Notes: generated by a model from the letters alone, not told the origin. A stretch of 64,000 bases of DNA from Prochlorococcus sp. AG-679-M23 (GCA_003208875.1 QCUR01000001.1:96001-160000); one strand, 5' to 3'. Counted from the stretch's first letter, positions 29,731-40,656 are shown. Numbers and translations: made by a program.

Positions 29731-30486
29731 ATGAAAATTTCAATCCTATTAATAGAAGATGATCGTGATATGCGTGAATTAGTATCTGGTCATCTTGAGC
29801 ATTCTGGTTTTGATGTTCAAAAAGCTGAAGATGGTATTAAAGGTCAAGCTTTAGCTCTTCAATATTCTCCTGACTTAATTCTTCTAGATTTAATGTTACC
29901 TAGCGTTGATGGTTTGACATTATGCCAAAGACTGCGGAGAGATGAAAGAACTTCAAATATTCCCATATTAATGATTACAGCTTTGGGTGGACTTAAAGAT
30001 AAAGTTACTGGATTTAATTCAGGTGCCGATGATTACATCACAAAACCATTTGATTTAGAGGAATTATACGTTCGTATTAAAGCTTTATTGAGAAGAACTA
30101 ATAGAGCACAATTGAATTCAACTAATCAACAAGAAATTTTAAATTATGGACCTCTTACTCTTGTTCCGGAAAGATTTGAAGCTATTTGGTTCGAATCTGC
30201 CGTAAGACTTACCCATTTAGAATTTGAGCTACTTCACTGTTTGCTGCAAAGACATGGTCAAACAGTCTCTCCAGCACTGATATTAAAGGAAGTATGGGGT
30301 TATGAACCTGACGATGATATAGAGACAATTAGAGTTCATGTAAGACATTTAAGAACGAAATTAGAACCTGACCCTCGCAAGCCAAAATATATAAAAACTG
30401 TTTATGGAGCGGGATATTGCCTTGAGCTACCTGCGGTAGCTCAGGTTGATAATGGTATGCAAGAGTTTGCTGAATCTACAAATTAA
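29731..30486 (+). CDS. rpaA: OmpR-family response regulator RpaA
   Basis: Receiver [38 protein letters not shown] are characteristic of RpaA. Confidence 0.93.
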   Translation: MKISILLIEDDRDMRELVSGHLEHSGFDVQKAEDGIKGQALALQYSPDLILLDLMLPSVDGLTLCQRLRRDERTSNIPILMITALGGLKDKVTGFNSGADDYITKPFDLEELYVRIKALLRRTNRAQLNSTNQQEILNYGPLTLVPERFEAIWFESAVRLTHLEFELLHCLLQRHGQTVSPALILKEVWGYEPDDDIETIRVHVRHLRTKLEPDPRKPKYIKTVYGAGYCLELPAVAQVDNGMQEFAESTN

Positions 30487-30515
30487 AACTTAATCAAATG
30501 AGTAATTAAGTAAAT

Positions 30516-31475
30516 TTACAAATCTTCAATTGATATTTTTAATAAAGTTACTTCCCATGCTAGTCGTGGTTGTATAAAACCTTTAAGATGTACCTTCAAA
30601 TCTTCTAGTTTTTTGACTATGTTTTTGTTTCTAGTTTTTGCCCAACATTTTTGTTGTACAAAATTTATTAAAAACATTTGTTGATCAATATCTAGTTCTT
30701 CAGATATTAATTTTGTTATTTTTAGTATTTCTAAATTATCACTTAATGGAAAGTCCAGGTTTTCTTTAATTGCATTTGGTAATTGGTTCCAAATTTTTAT
30801 ATCTTTCAGTATTTTTCCTGGAGAGCCATTTGCTGAATTAATAAAATATTCTAAATCTATTTCTTTATAAATATCAAAAACTGTAGAATCTAAATTATTT
30901 CTTATGAAAATCTCAAGCTGTTTATATGAAAAAGATTTAAATCTTATAAGTTGACATCTTGAGATAATAGTATCCAAAAGTAAGTTTAACCTAGAAGTTA
31001 AAAGAATAAATATACCGTTAGAGGGCTCTTCTAGTGTTTTTAAAAGACAATTAGATGCTGCTTCATTCATAAGGTGAGCATCATCAATTAATACAATTTT
31101 TCCACCTGATTCAATGGATTTTTGACCTAAAAAAGTCTTTAAATTTCTAATTTGCTCTATCCTTATTGTTTCTTTATTATTTTTTGTAGGTTCAGCTTCT
31201 GAACGATTTATAAGATTACCTTTAAAAAAATAGGTAGGCTCAATTAATAAGAAATCAGGGTGGTTTTTATCTATGATTTTTTTTTCAATGTTTGAATTAG
31301 ATGAATATTTATTAAAAATTTCCATAATAAATTTCATAGCGGTTTGTTTTTTTCCTATACCTTCCGGACCATAAAATATATAACCGTTGGAAAATGCTTT
31401 TCTCTTAAGTATGCTTTCTAGATTTTCATTAACTTCCTTATTAATTAAAAAATTCTTAGCTTTAAGATCAATCAT
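30516..31475 (-). CDS. holB: DNA polymerase III delta' subunit
   Basis: [30 protein letters not shown]; follows tmk. Confidence 0.92.
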   Translation of the reverse strand: MIDLKAKNFLINKEVNENLESILKRKAFSNGYIFYGPEGIGKKQTAMKFIMEIFNKYSSNSNIEKKIIDKNHPDFLLIEPTYFFKGNLINRSEAEPTKNNKETIRIEQIRNLKTFLGQKSIESGGKIVLIDDAHLMNEAASNCLLKTLEEPSNGIFILLTSRLNLLLDTIISRCQLIRFKSFSYKQLEIFIRNNLDSTVFDIYKEIDLEYFINSANGSPGKILKDIKIWNQLPNAIKENLDFPLSDNLEILKITKLISEELDIDQQMFLINFVQQKCWAKTRNKNIVKKLEDLKVHLKGFIQPRLAWEVTLLKISIEDL

Positions 31476-32112
31476 TGTTTACTCGAGAAAACTTGTTTAG
31501 TAAGGTTTCTTTTATTTCATTAGTGATAGTATTTATATCCTGTGCAGCAGATATTGTTGTCCAATTTTTTTCTTTTGCAATCAACTTAAAACCTTCATTA
31601 ACTTTTTCTAGGAATTTTATCCCTTCAGATTCCATCCTATCTGGAATAAACTTTTCCCTTCGTAATACACTTTCTTCTGCTGAAATTTCTAGAAAAATAG
31701 TCAGGTCTGGGTATTCTCCTCGACAAACAATAGATTCGATATTTTTGATAATCTCAAGATTTATATTTCTACCATAACCTTGATAAGCAAGTGTAGAGTC
31801 ACAAAATCTATCGCTAAGTACCCAGTCTTGATTTTCTAAAGCAGGTGATATGGTTTTGGAAATATGTTCTGCTCTATCAGCAGAATAAAGCAATAATTCA
31901 GCCAGAGAAGAAGGTTTATTATCTTCATTATTATCAAGTATTAAATTTCTAATTTTTTTTCCTAATGAGCTTCCTCCAGGTTCTCTAGTTTTTACTAATT
32001 TTTGCTTTCCTCTCAAAAGACCACTAGTTGGGATCCATCTAGAAATTTCATCAATTTGGGTTGTTTTACCGCAACCATCAATTCCTTCAATAACAATAAA
32101 TTTACCCCTCAT
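31468..32112 (-). CDS. tmk: Thymidylate kinase
   Basis: [26 protein letters not shown]. Confidence 0.96.
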   Translation of the reverse strand: MRGKFIVIEGIDGCGKTTQIDEISRWIPTSGLLRGKQKLVKTREPGGSSLGKKIRNLILDNNEDNKPSSLAELLLYSADRAEHISKTISPALENQDWVLSDRFCDSTLAYQGYGRNINLEIIKNIESIVCRGEYPDLTIFLEISAEESVLRREKFIPDRMESEGIKFLEKVNEGFKLIAKEKNWTTISAAQDINTITNEIKETLLNKFSRVNND

Positions 32113-34410
32113 TTATTCTAAAGATAAAGCATTTATTACAACGGTTATTGAACTAGTTGCCATCAATAATGCTGCGATTGATGGTGTAAGAAGAATGCCA
32201 TATTTTGGAAATAGAATACCTCCTGCTATGGGAATTGCAATCAAGTTGTATCCAAAAGCCCAGAATAGATTTTGTTTAATTTTTCCTATTGTTCTTTTTG
32301 AAAGACTAAGTGCATAAGGTAATCCAGATAACTGATCTCCCATTAAAACAACATCTGCATTCGCTTTCGCAATCTGGGTACCTGAACCAACTGCTATTCC
32401 TAAATTTGAAGCTGCCAAAGCAGGTGCATCATTTATTCCATCTCCAATCATTGCAACTTTATTCCTCTTCTTTAAATTTTCAATTATTTTTAATTTCATT
32501 TCTGGAAGAAGATCCCATTTTATTTCTGCTTCTGGACTATCTAATTTTTTTGCCAACTCCACTACAGTTTCTTTTCTGTCACCGCTTAAAATTTTTATAT
32601 TATAGTTGTCTTCTCTTAATTTTTGAACAGAACTAATAGAATCCTCTCTTAATAAATCACCTAATAAAATAAATCCGAGTAACTTCTTACTTATACATAC
32701 TCCAATGACAGAATGGGATTTGTTTTCTTCATTTTCTAATATTTCTTTTGATTTGCTATCAATTATTACTCCTTTACTATTTAACCATTCAACACTTCCA
32801 ATATTGATTTCCCCATCAATTGAATCAAGTTCTCCTGATATACCTCTACCAGATTCTGTATGGATGTTTTTAATTGTCAACAAGCTAAGGTTTTGTTTTT
32901 TGGCTTCATTAACTAATGCGCTAGCTATGGGATGTCGGCTTTGACTTTCTAAACTTGCAGATATTTTTAAAAGAAATAATTTATCAGCAGTATTTAAATA
33001 ATCGATTATGAAAGGTTTACCTTTGGTCAATGTCCCCGTTTTATCAAAAATAATATGATTAATTTTTGATGCCATTTCTATTTTATCTCCGCCTTTAAAT
33101 AAAACGCCTTTTTTTGCAGCTTTACCTGATGCAACAGTTATTACAGTGGGAGTAGCAAGACCTAAAGCGCAGGGGCAAGCTATTACTAAAACAGCAATTG
33201 AGAGTTGAATGGCTAAAGTTAAAAAATTTTCAGCATTACTACCTAATGAATTATGTAACGTATGGTTGGAGGTAGTTATCAAGTCATTATGATTATTTAT
33301 TAACAAATCGGGCCAAATTTGTTTTGCACCTTTCCACCAAAAAAAGAAGCTTGAAGTTGCAATAAAAAGTACAAAGTATGTGAATTTCCCTGCAATCTGA
33401 TCAGCGATTCTCTGAATTGGAGGCTTTTTAGATTGAACTGATTCAATAAGATTAACGAGTTTTGCTAGAGAAGTTTCCTCTCCCACTTTGATAACTTTTA
33501 GCCTTAAGGTGGAATTTAAATTTAATGAGCCATTAAGTAAATGTTCACCTGAGTTCACATCTATAGGTTTAGATTCCCCTGTAATATGAGAAACATCTAC
33601 AGATGAATTTCCATTGATAACAATACAATCAGCTGGTACACGATCTCCAGCTAATAATTGAATTTCATCTCCTATTTTTAAAGAATGTACTCTGACTGAT
33701 TTGACTTGATTTGCTTCTACATAAATATTTGCCATTTCTGGTTGGAGATCTAGTAATTCTCCAATTGAAGAACCCGTTTGATACTTTGCTCTTTCTTCTA
33801 AAAAACGTCCAATAAGAATAAACCCCAATAACATTACTGGTTCATTAAAAAAACAGGGAAAACCAGTCGAAGGAAATATTAATGATAATAGACTTGTTGT
33901 ATAAGCACTACTTACTCCCAGAGCTACTAAAGAATCCATATCTGGTCGATTTTTAATAAGTGATTTGAATCCTTTGATTACAATTTCTCTTCCAGGAAAG
34001 AATAAAGCTAATGTAGCCAGTGCAGCATGAAAGAATAAATTTCCTAATATTGGTAAATTTAAAAAACCTCCTTCTGCTAAATGCCCTAACCCTGAAAACA
34101 ATAAAAGTAAGAGTGAAAAATTAAGTTTTTTCCATTGATTAATCCATTTCTTTTTTTTTCCTAATTGAACTTTATTTACTTTTTTTGAAAAATCATTTAT
34201 GTAAATCTTTGCGGGAAAACCGCTTTGCTTGAGGTTTTCTAAAACCTGATCAATGTTTGGAACTGTTTTATTAATTTCAAAATATGCACTTTCAGTAAGT
34301 AAGTTAACAGAAACATTTTGAATACCATCCGAATTTTTTAATATATTTTCTACCGTGTTAACACAACCCCCACATTTCATACCGGTAATATTTAATTGAA
34401 TACTATTCAT
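32113..34410 (-). CDS. ctaA: P1B-1 copper-translocating P-type ATPase
   Basis: GMKCGGC, TGES, CPC, DKTGT, HP, GDGINDAP, YN and MxxSS motifs. Confidence 0.88.
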   Translation of the reverse strand: MNSIQLNITGMKCGGCVNTVENILKNSDGIQNVSVNLLTESAYFEINKTVPNIDQVLENLKQSGFPAKIYINDFSKKVNKVQLGKKKKWINQWKKLNFSLLLLLFSGLGHLAEGGFLNLPILGNLFFHAALATLALFFPGREIVIKGFKSLIKNRPDMDSLVALGVSSAYTTSLLSLIFPSTGFPCFFNEPVMLLGFILIGRFLEERAKYQTGSSIGELLDLQPEMANIYVEANQVKSVRVHSLKIGDEIQLLAGDRVPADCIVINGNSSVDVSHITGESKPIDVNSGEHLLNGSLNLNSTLRLKVIKVGEETSLAKLVNLIESVQSKKPPIQRIADQIAGKFTYFVLFIATSSFFFWWKGAKQIWPDLLINNHNDLITTSNHTLHNSLGSNAENFLTLAIQLSIAVLVIACPCALGLATPTVITVASGKAAKKGVLFKGGDKIEMASKINHIIFDKTGTLTKGKPFIIDYLNTADKLFLLKISASLESQSRHPIASALVNEAKKQNLSLLTIKNIHTESGRGISGELDSIDGEINIGSVEWLNSKGVIIDSKSKEILENEENKSHSVIGVCISKKLLGFILLGDLLREDSISSVQKLREDNYNIKILSGDRKETVVELAKKLDSPEAEIKWDLLPEMKLKIIENLKKRNKVAMIGDGINDAPALAASNLGIAVGSGTQIAKANADVVLMGDQLSGLPYALSLSKRTIGKIKQNLFWAFGYNLIAIPIAGGILFPKYGILLTPSIAALLMATSSITVVINALSLE

Positions 34411-34445
34411 ATTTTTGCGATGAAAGCATAGTAATACTCGTTTGT

Positions 34446-34467
34446 ATTAATTACTATAGTAATTAAT
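34446..34467. repeat. Perfect 22-bp palindrome
   Basis: ATTAATTACTATAGTAATTAAT equals its own reverse complement. Confidence 0.9.
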
Positions 34468-34528
34468 GTTATAGACTTTTTAAATAGTTGATACTTTATT
34501 GACTATTTTAACTTTATTTAAAAAAAAA

Positions 34529-35050
34529 GTGCCTAATAATCAAAACAGAGACAATTTTATAGATAAAGCTTTTACTGTAATTGCTGAATCTATTGTAAAA
34601 ATTATGCCTATTGCTGATAAAGAAAAAAAAGCTTACATATATTACAGAGATGGATTAGCTGCTCAAAATAATGGCGATTATTCAGAAGCTCTGGATTACT
34701 ATAATGAAAGTCTATTACTAGAAGAAAATAAAATTGATAGAGGAGAAACTTTAAAGAACATGGCAATAATTTATATGAGTAATGGTGAGGAAGATAGATC
34801 TATAGAAACTTATCAAAAGGCCTTAGAAGAAAATCCAAAACAGCCATCTTGTCTTAAGAATATAGGTCTAATTTATGAAAAAAGGGGAAGGTTTGCTGAA
34901 CAGAATGGTGATTTAGATCAAAGAGATATGTGGTTCGACAAGGCTGCCCAAGTTTGGTCTAAGGCTGTAAGACTTTATCCTGGTGGATACTTAGATATTG
35001 AAAATTGGTTGAAAAATTCTGGAAGGAGCTCGATTGATATTTATCTCTAG
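34529..35050 (+). CDS. ycf3: Photosystem I assembly protein Ycf3
   Basis: [16 protein letters not shown] repeats, NWLK.GR; GTG at 34529. Confidence 0.95.
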   Translation: MPNNQNRDNFIDKAFTVIAESIVKIMPIADKEKKAYIYYRDGLAAQNNGDYSEALDYYNESLLLEENKIDRGETLKNMAIIYMSNGEEDRSIETYQKALEENPKQPSCLKNIGLIYEKRGRFAEQNGDLDQRDMWFDKAAQVWSKAVRLYPGGYLDIENWLKNSGRSSIDIYL

Positions 35051-35062
35051 ATTTGTATAGAT

Positions 35063-36415
35063 TTACTCGTTCAATGCATAATTAATAGCTTCATTTATAT
35101 TTGAAATTTCTTTAATTTGTATGAATTTTTGAAAACTATCTTTAATTTCACTAGTAATTTTAGGTACTAAAATATTTTTAATACCAAGCCTAACAGCCTC
35201 ATCAATTTTGGCTCTAATATTACTTGCCTGCCTTACCTGACCACTTAAACCTAATTCGCCAATAAATGCACAATTTATCAATGGTGGGATATTTTTTAAG
35301 CTTGATAAGATTGATATGGCAACTCCTAAATCTGAAGATGGGTCATTTATTTCAAAACCACCTCCTGTCGCTATATAACAGTCATACTCTGATAATTTAA
35401 TCCCAACATGTTTTTCAATCACTGCTAATATTTGATGTAATCTGTTGATACTGATTCCAGTTGTTGTTCGTCTTGGGTTATTGTAGAAAGTCTTATTTAC
35501 TAAAGCTTGAATATCAACTGCAAATGGTCTCGATCCTTCATTAGTGATAGTGGTTGTGACACCGGATATATTTTCTTTATTTGTGAATATTGAACTAGGG
35601 TTAATAACTTCTCTTAAACCATTTTCTAACATTTCAAAAATTCCAATTTCAAAAGTTGATCCAAATCTATTTTTTACACTTCTTAGTAATCTATGGGAGG
35701 CAATATTATCCCCCTCAAAATTGAGTACCACATCTACTAAGTGTTCTAAAGTTTTTGGGCCGGCAAGAGCTCCATCTTTTGTAACGTGACCTATTATCAA
35801 GAGCGCTATATTATTTTCTTTTGCAAGATTCTGAAGTTCAGATGAACAAGTCCTTACTTGGGAAACAGATCCTGGGGAACTTTCCATCTCATCATTATTA
35901 ATAGCTTGGATACTATCAATAATCGCAAAACCAGGTTTTATTTTTTTAATCTCTTCGATAATTAAAGATAAATTAGTTTCTGCATAAATTTTCAAATCGA
36001 GGCTGCTTTGATTTAATCTTTCCCATCTTATTTTTACTTGTTCTAAAGATTCTTCTGCCGTGATGTATAAAACTTTATCATTAAGGGATATTTTACCAGC
36101 CGATTGAAGCACTATTGTACTTTTACCAATTCCTGGTTCTCCTCCAAGTAAAACTATAGATCCTGGAACTATTCCACCACCTAGCACTCTATCAAACTCT
36201 TTAAATCCACTCGTAAATCTTGATATGTTACCTATTTCTATCTCATTAAACAGCTTAGATTTTTTATTTTTATTAAAACTAGTTGTTTTAGATCTAGTGT
36301 TTTTTCTTTCTTCAACGATGGTATTCCATTCATTACAATTTACGCATCTGCCGAAGTATTGTGAAGTCTCAGATCCGCAATTTTGACAAATAAAAGTCGA
36401 AAATTTATTAGACAT
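35063..36415 (-). CDS. radA: DNA repair protein RadA/Sms
   Basis: N-terminal C4 zinc finger, GEPGIGKST, KNRFG. Confidence 0.96.
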   Translation of the reverse strand: MSNKFSTFICQNCGSETSQYFGRCVNCNEWNTIVEERKNTRSKTTSFNKNKKSKLFNEIEIGNISRFTSGFKEFDRVLGGGIVPGSIVLLGGEPGIGKSTIVLQSAGKISLNDKVLYITAEESLEQVKIRWERLNQSSLDLKIYAETNLSLIIEEIKKIKPGFAIIDSIQAINNDEMESSPGSVSQVRTCSSELQNLAKENNIALLIIGHVTKDGALAGPKTLEHLVDVVLNFEGDNIASHRLLRSVKNRFGSTFEIGIFEMLENGLREVINPSSIFTNKENISGVTTTITNEGSRPFAVDIQALVNKTFYNNPRRTTTGISINRLHQILAVIEKHVGIKLSEYDCYIATGGGFEINDPSSDLGVAISILSSLKNIPPLINCAFIGELGLSGQVRQASNIRAKIDEAVRLGIKNILVPKITSEIKDSFQKFIQIKEISNINEAINYALNE

Positions 36416-36521
36416 TTAATTTTTGATTAGATTGAGTAACTGAGATGTTTGGGATTTTGCCCCTCTACAAGTTAGATTGGGTAAAAGATAAATTCTCTTA
36501 CTGATTAGCTAATAGAAACAA

Positions 36522-37268
36522 ATGGCTGTATCTAGTCAAACAAAAGAAACAATACTTGTCGCAGATGACGAGGCAAGCATTAGAAGAATACTCGAGACTC
36601 GTCTCTCAATGATTGGTTACAAAGTTGTAACTGCTTGTGATGGTAAAGAAGCACTAAAATTGTTCAAAGATTACGATCCTGACTTGGTTGTACTTGATGT
36701 AATGATGCCAAAATTAGATGGATATGGAGTCTGTCAAGAATTAAGAAAAGACTCAGATGTACCTATCGTAATGCTTACCGCATTAGGTGATGTAGCAGAT
36801 AGAATTACAGGATTAGAATTAGGCGCTGATGATTATGTGGTTAAACCCTTTAGTCCAAAAGAATTAGAAGCTAGGATTAGGTGTGTATTAAGACGAATAG
36901 ATAAAGAGCAACTTCCTGGAATGCCAAATTCAGGTTTAATTTTGGTTACAGATATTAAAATTGATACAAATCGAAGACAAGTTTTTAAAAGTGATGAAAG
37001 AATCAGGTTAACAGGTATGGAATTTAGTCTTTTAGAACTTTTAGTCAGTCGATCAGGAGAACCATTTAGTCGAGGAGAGATTTTGAAAGAAGTTTGGGGC
37101 TACACACCTGAAAGACATGTAGATACGAGAGTAGTTGACGTTCATATATCTAGATTAAGATCGAAATTGGAAGCTGATCCTGCAAATCCTGAATTAATTC
37201 TTACAGCAAGGGGTACAGGATATCTGTTTCAGAGAATAGTTGATATATCTCCATTTGATGGTAAATAG
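36522..37268 (+). CDS. rpaB: OmpR-family response regulator RpaB (Ycf27)
   Basis: DDEASIRRILETRL, LTGMEFSLL, VDTRVVDVHISRLR. Confidence 0.95.
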   Translation: MAVSSQTKETILVADDEASIRRILETRLSMIGYKVVTACDGKEALKLFKDYDPDLVVLDVMMPKLDGYGVCQELRKDSDVPIVMLTALGDVADRITGLELGADDYVVKPFSPKELEARIRCVLRRIDKEQLPGMPNSGLILVTDIKIDTNRRQVFKSDERIRLTGMEFSLLELLVSRSGEPFSRGEILKEVWGYTPERHVDTRVVDVHISRLRSKLEADPANPELILTARGTGYLFQRIVDISPFDGK

Positions 37269-38681
37269 ATGGAAAAAGATTCCTCTATTAAAAAGTCTAG
37301 AGCTATAAGAAGATTAGTTATTTGGTATAAAAGAAATTCTGCTGTGACTTCAATAGTTGATACTGCTGCTAATTCTGCTGCAACTGCAAGTAATGTTGCG
37401 GGCAACGTGGTTTCTGGTGCTGGTTCTGTTGTAAGTACTGCAAGTAATGTTGCAAGTAATGTTGCGGGTAATGTAGCAGGCAATGTAGTTTCTAGTGCTG
37501 AGTCAGTTGTTAACACTGCTAGTAATGTAGTTTCAAGTGCTAGTTCAATTGCAAAAAATACATTGCAGCCATTAGTTTTTGACCCTTTAAAAAGGTTACA
37601 AAATAGTGATAATTTGATAAGTAAAGAAGAAGTACCAAATTCTGAGAGGATTTGGATCGCAGTTGATGGTATGGGGGGAGATTATGCACCTGTGCCCATT
37701 TTGGAAGGATGTCTCGATGCTATCAGTAGATTTCCTATAAATATAAAGTTTGTAGGCAAAATTGAAAAAGTTAGATATGAAGCAGAAAGAGTTGGTCTAA
37801 TAGATTTGTTAGATAAAGAAATTGATAATAAGCGTCTTGAATTAATAGATAGTGGAGATCCTATAGGGATGAATGAAGAGGCAACAGCAGTACGAAAAAG
37901 AAAAGATGCGAGTATAAATGTTGCTATGGAATTGGTTAAAACTAATAAGGCAAAAGCTGTTTATTCGGCAGGTAACTCAGGGGCTCTTATGGCCTCTGCA
38001 ATATTTAGGATAGGGAGATTAAAAGGAATCGAACGACCTGCAATAGGAGCGTTATTCCCAACTAGAGATCAAACTCGACCTGTATTAGTTCTTGATGTCG
38101 GAGCAAATACTGATTGTAAGCCCTCTTATCTTCATCAATTCGCACTCCTTGGTGATGTTTATGCTAAAGATGTTTTACAAATAGAAAAACCACGAATTGG
38201 ATTATTAAATATTGGCGAAGAAGAATGTAAAGGGAATGATTTATCTATAAAAACATTTGAATTACTATCCAATGAAAAAAGTTTTAATTTTGGGGGTAAT
38301 TGTGAAGGAAGAGATGTTTTATCTGGTGATTTTGATGTGGTTGTTTGCGATGGTTTTACAGGAAATATATTACTTAAATTTCTTGAGTCAGTTGGTGGGG
38401 TTCTATTAGATATTTTAAGATCCGAACTACCTAGAGGAAGAAGGGGAAAAGTTGGTTCAGCATTTTTAAAAAGTAATTTACTAAGAATTAAGAAAAGGTT
38501 AGATCATGCTGAACATGGAGGAGCATTATTGCTTGGGGTAAATGGGATTTGTGTAATTGGCCATGGTAGCAGTAAGTCTTTATCAGTAGTAAGTGCTCTG
38601 CGTTTGGCTCACTCTGCTGTAAATCATAATGTTATGGAAAATTTAAATCAACTTCAAAAGCTTCAAGTTTTAAAATCTTAA
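37269..38681 (+). CDS. plsX: Phosphate acyltransferase PlsX with long N-terminal extension
   Basis: AVDGMGGDYAP, SAGNSGA, LDVGAN, DGFTGN, GHGSS; precedes fabH and fabD. Confidence 0.93.
   Translation: MEKDSSIKKSRAIRRLVIWYKRNSAVTSIVDTAANSAATASNVAGNVVSGAGSVVSTASNVASNVAGNVAGNVVSSAESVVNTASNVVSSASSIAKNTLQPLVFDPLKRLQNSDNLISKEEVPNSERIWIAVDGMGGDYAPVPILEGCLDAISRFPINIKFVGKIEKVRYEAERVGLIDLLDKEIDNKRLELIDSGDPIGMNEEATAVRKRKDASINVAMELVKTNKAKAVYSAGNSGALMASAIFRIGRLKGIERPAIGALFPTRDQTRPVLVLDVGANTDCKPSYLHQFALLGDVYAKDVLQIEKPRIGLLNIGEEECKGNDLSIKTFELLSNEKSFNFGGNCEGRDVLSGDFDVVVCDGFTGNILLKFLESVGGVLLDILRSELPRGRRGKVGSAFLKSNLLRIKKRLDHAEHGGALLLGVNGICVIGHGSSKSLSVVSALRLAHSAVNHNVMENLNQLQKLQVLKS
37440..37487 (+). repeat. 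Four 12-bp in-frame tandem units in plsX
   Basis: GCAAGTAATGTT GCAAGTAATGTT GCGGGTAATGTA GCAGGCAATGTA, encoding ASNV/AGNV. Confidence 0.85.
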
Positions 38682-38734
38682 AACATATTTTGTCAGATTT
38701 ATGTTTGACTTATATAAGTAATTAGATAACTCTT

Positions 38735-39742
38735 TTGGAAGGAATAAATTTAAATCAAATTGGAGTCTCATTTAAAGGAAGTGGAAGTTACGTACCAAAT
38801 CAAATCCTGACGAATCAGGAAATTAGTAAGAAGGTAGAGACTAGTGATGAATGGATAAAATCTAGAACAGGTATTTCTCAGAGAAGAATTTCTGGATTAT
38901 CAGAAAATGTTAGCGAAATGGGTTACAAGGCAGCATTGGGAGCAATTGAGATGGCTAGATGGGATATTGAAACAATTGATCTAATAATATTAGCTACATC
39001 AACTCCAAATGATCTATTTGGTTCTGCTCCTGAAATTCAGTCAAAACTAGGCGCAATTAATGCTGTTGCATTTGATTTGACAGCTGCTTGTAGTGGTTTC
39101 TTATTTGCTACAATTACAGCTACTCAATTTTTAAAAGCAGGTAGTTATAAAAGAGCTGTAGTAATAGGCTCAGATCAACTTTCAAGTTATGTAGATTGGA
39201 ATGATAGAAGAAGTTGTATCTTATTCGGAGATGGAGCGGGTGCAATAGCAATCGAAGGAACAAATAAAATAGATAATTTAATTGGCTTTAGTATGAGGAC
39301 GGATGGTCAAAGAGGTTCTTTCTTAAATCTTCCATCTCAAAATAATCAAGATCTAATTATTGATGATATTAATTTTTCAAGTGGGGGGTTTACCTCAATT
39401 AAGATGAATGGACAAGAAGTATATAAATTTGCGGTTAGAGAGGTACCATTAATTATTGAAAATTTATTTAAAAAAACAAATTTCAATTCTGAGAAAATTA
39501 ATTGGCTTTTATTACATCAAGCAAATCAAAGAATATTAGATTCTGTTGGAGAAAGGCTAAATGTTTCATCAGAAAAGATTCTCAGTAATTTAAGTAACTA
39601 TGGAAACACTTCAGCGGCAACAATTCCTTTAATGCTAGATGAGGCTATAAGAAATAAGAAAATTAAAGAAAATGATATTATTGCCACAAGTGGTTTTGGT
39701 GCTGGGTTAAGTTGGGGTGCAGCCCTTATTAGATGGGGTTAA
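38735..39742 (+). CDS. fabH: 3-oxoacyl-ACP synthase III
   Basis: AACSGF, HQAN, GNTSAA. Confidence 0.96.
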   Translation: MEGINLNQIGVSFKGSGSYVPNQILTNQEISKKVETSDEWIKSRTGISQRRISGLSENVSEMGYKAALGAIEMARWDIETIDLIILATSTPNDLFGSAPEIQSKLGAINAVAFDLTAACSGFLFATITATQFLKAGSYKRAVVIGSDQLSSYVDWNDRRSCILFGDGAGAIAIEGTNKIDNLIGFSMRTDGQRGSFLNLPSQNNQDLIIDDINFSSGGFTSIKMNGQEVYKFAVREVPLIIENLFKKTNFNSEKINWLLLHQANQRILDSVGERLNVSSEKILSNLSNYGNTSAATIPLMLDEAIRNKKIKENDIIATSGFGAGLSWGAALIRWG

Positions 39743-39755
39743 AAAAAGTTTTATT

Positions 39756-40652
39756 ATGACAGTTGCATGGGTATTCCCTGGTCAGGGTTCACAAAAAATT
39801 GGTATGGCAAATAAAATTATAGATTTGCCAAATGCAAAATATAGGTTTAATTACGCCTCTGAAGTATTCGAAAGAAATTTATTTGAAATTTGTGAATCAA
39901 ATTCTGATAAGAAAAATCTTGCAGATGATTTAAATAATACAAAGAACACTCAAATTTGTCTTTTTCTGGTGGAATCAGTCTTATTAGACTCTTTAAAAGA
40001 AAATGGTTATAAACCAACATATATTGCTGGCCATAGTTTAGGTGAAATTACAGCTTTATACTGTGCTGATGTTTTATCTTTTGAAGATTGTGTAAAACTT
40101 ATAAAAGTTAGATCTGGTTTAATGGCAGATGCCGCAAAGGGATCTATGGCAGCATTAATAAGTTTTGATAGAGATCAATTAGATCTACTGGTTGAAGAGA
40201 TAGACGATCTTGTAATAGCGAACGACAATAGTTCTTCTCAAGTTGTTTTATCAGGAAGCGAAAAAGCTTTAGATAATATTTCAAAACGAATTACGGCAAA
40301 AAGATTCCTTAAATTAAATGTTTCGGGTGCTTTTCATTCACCATTTATGAAAGAATCATCATTTCAATTTTCAAAATATTTAGACACTCTAGAATTTAAT
40401 CAGCCTTCTATGCCCGTTATAAGTAATTCTCATCCATCCCTATGTAATGATCCAAATGAGCTTAAGTTTAGGTTTAAAAATCAAATGTGTAACGGTGTTA
40501 GATGGCGTCAAACTATGGATTTAATGAAAGAAAATAGTATTATTCAAATGGTGGAAATTGGCCCATCTAATGTTCTTGGTGGTCTAGCTAAAAGGCATTT
40601 AAAGGATGTAAAAATTTCTCAAGTATCTTCTGCAGATCAAATTAAATATTGA
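39756..40652 (+). CDS. fabD: Malonyl CoA-ACP transacylase
   Basis: FPGQGSQ, GHSLGE, AFHS; ATG at 39756. Confidence 0.96.
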   Translation: MTVAWVFPGQGSQKIGMANKIIDLPNAKYRFNYASEVFERNLFEICESNSDKKNLADDLNNTKNTQICLFLVESVLLDSLKENGYKPTYIAGHSLGEITALYCADVLSFEDCVKLIKVRSGLMADAAKGSMAALISFDRDQLDLLVEEIDDLVIANDNSSSQVVLSGSEKALDNISKRITAKRFLKLNVSGAFHSPFMKESSFQFSKYLDTLEFNQPSMPVISNSHPSLCNDPNELKFRFKNQMCNGVRWRQTMDLMKENSIIQMVEIGPSNVLGGLAKRHLKDVKISQVSSADQIKY

Positions 40653-40656
40653 TTTA

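Noticed and set aside
37229..37516. 95-aa antisense ORF with TLPA/TLLA repeats
   Set aside because: Shadow of the plsX repeat; it lacks stops because of the repeat's codon pattern.
37380..37550. Repeats considered as a possible CRISPR array
   Set aside because: In-frame degenerate coding repeats with no unique spacers and no cas genes.
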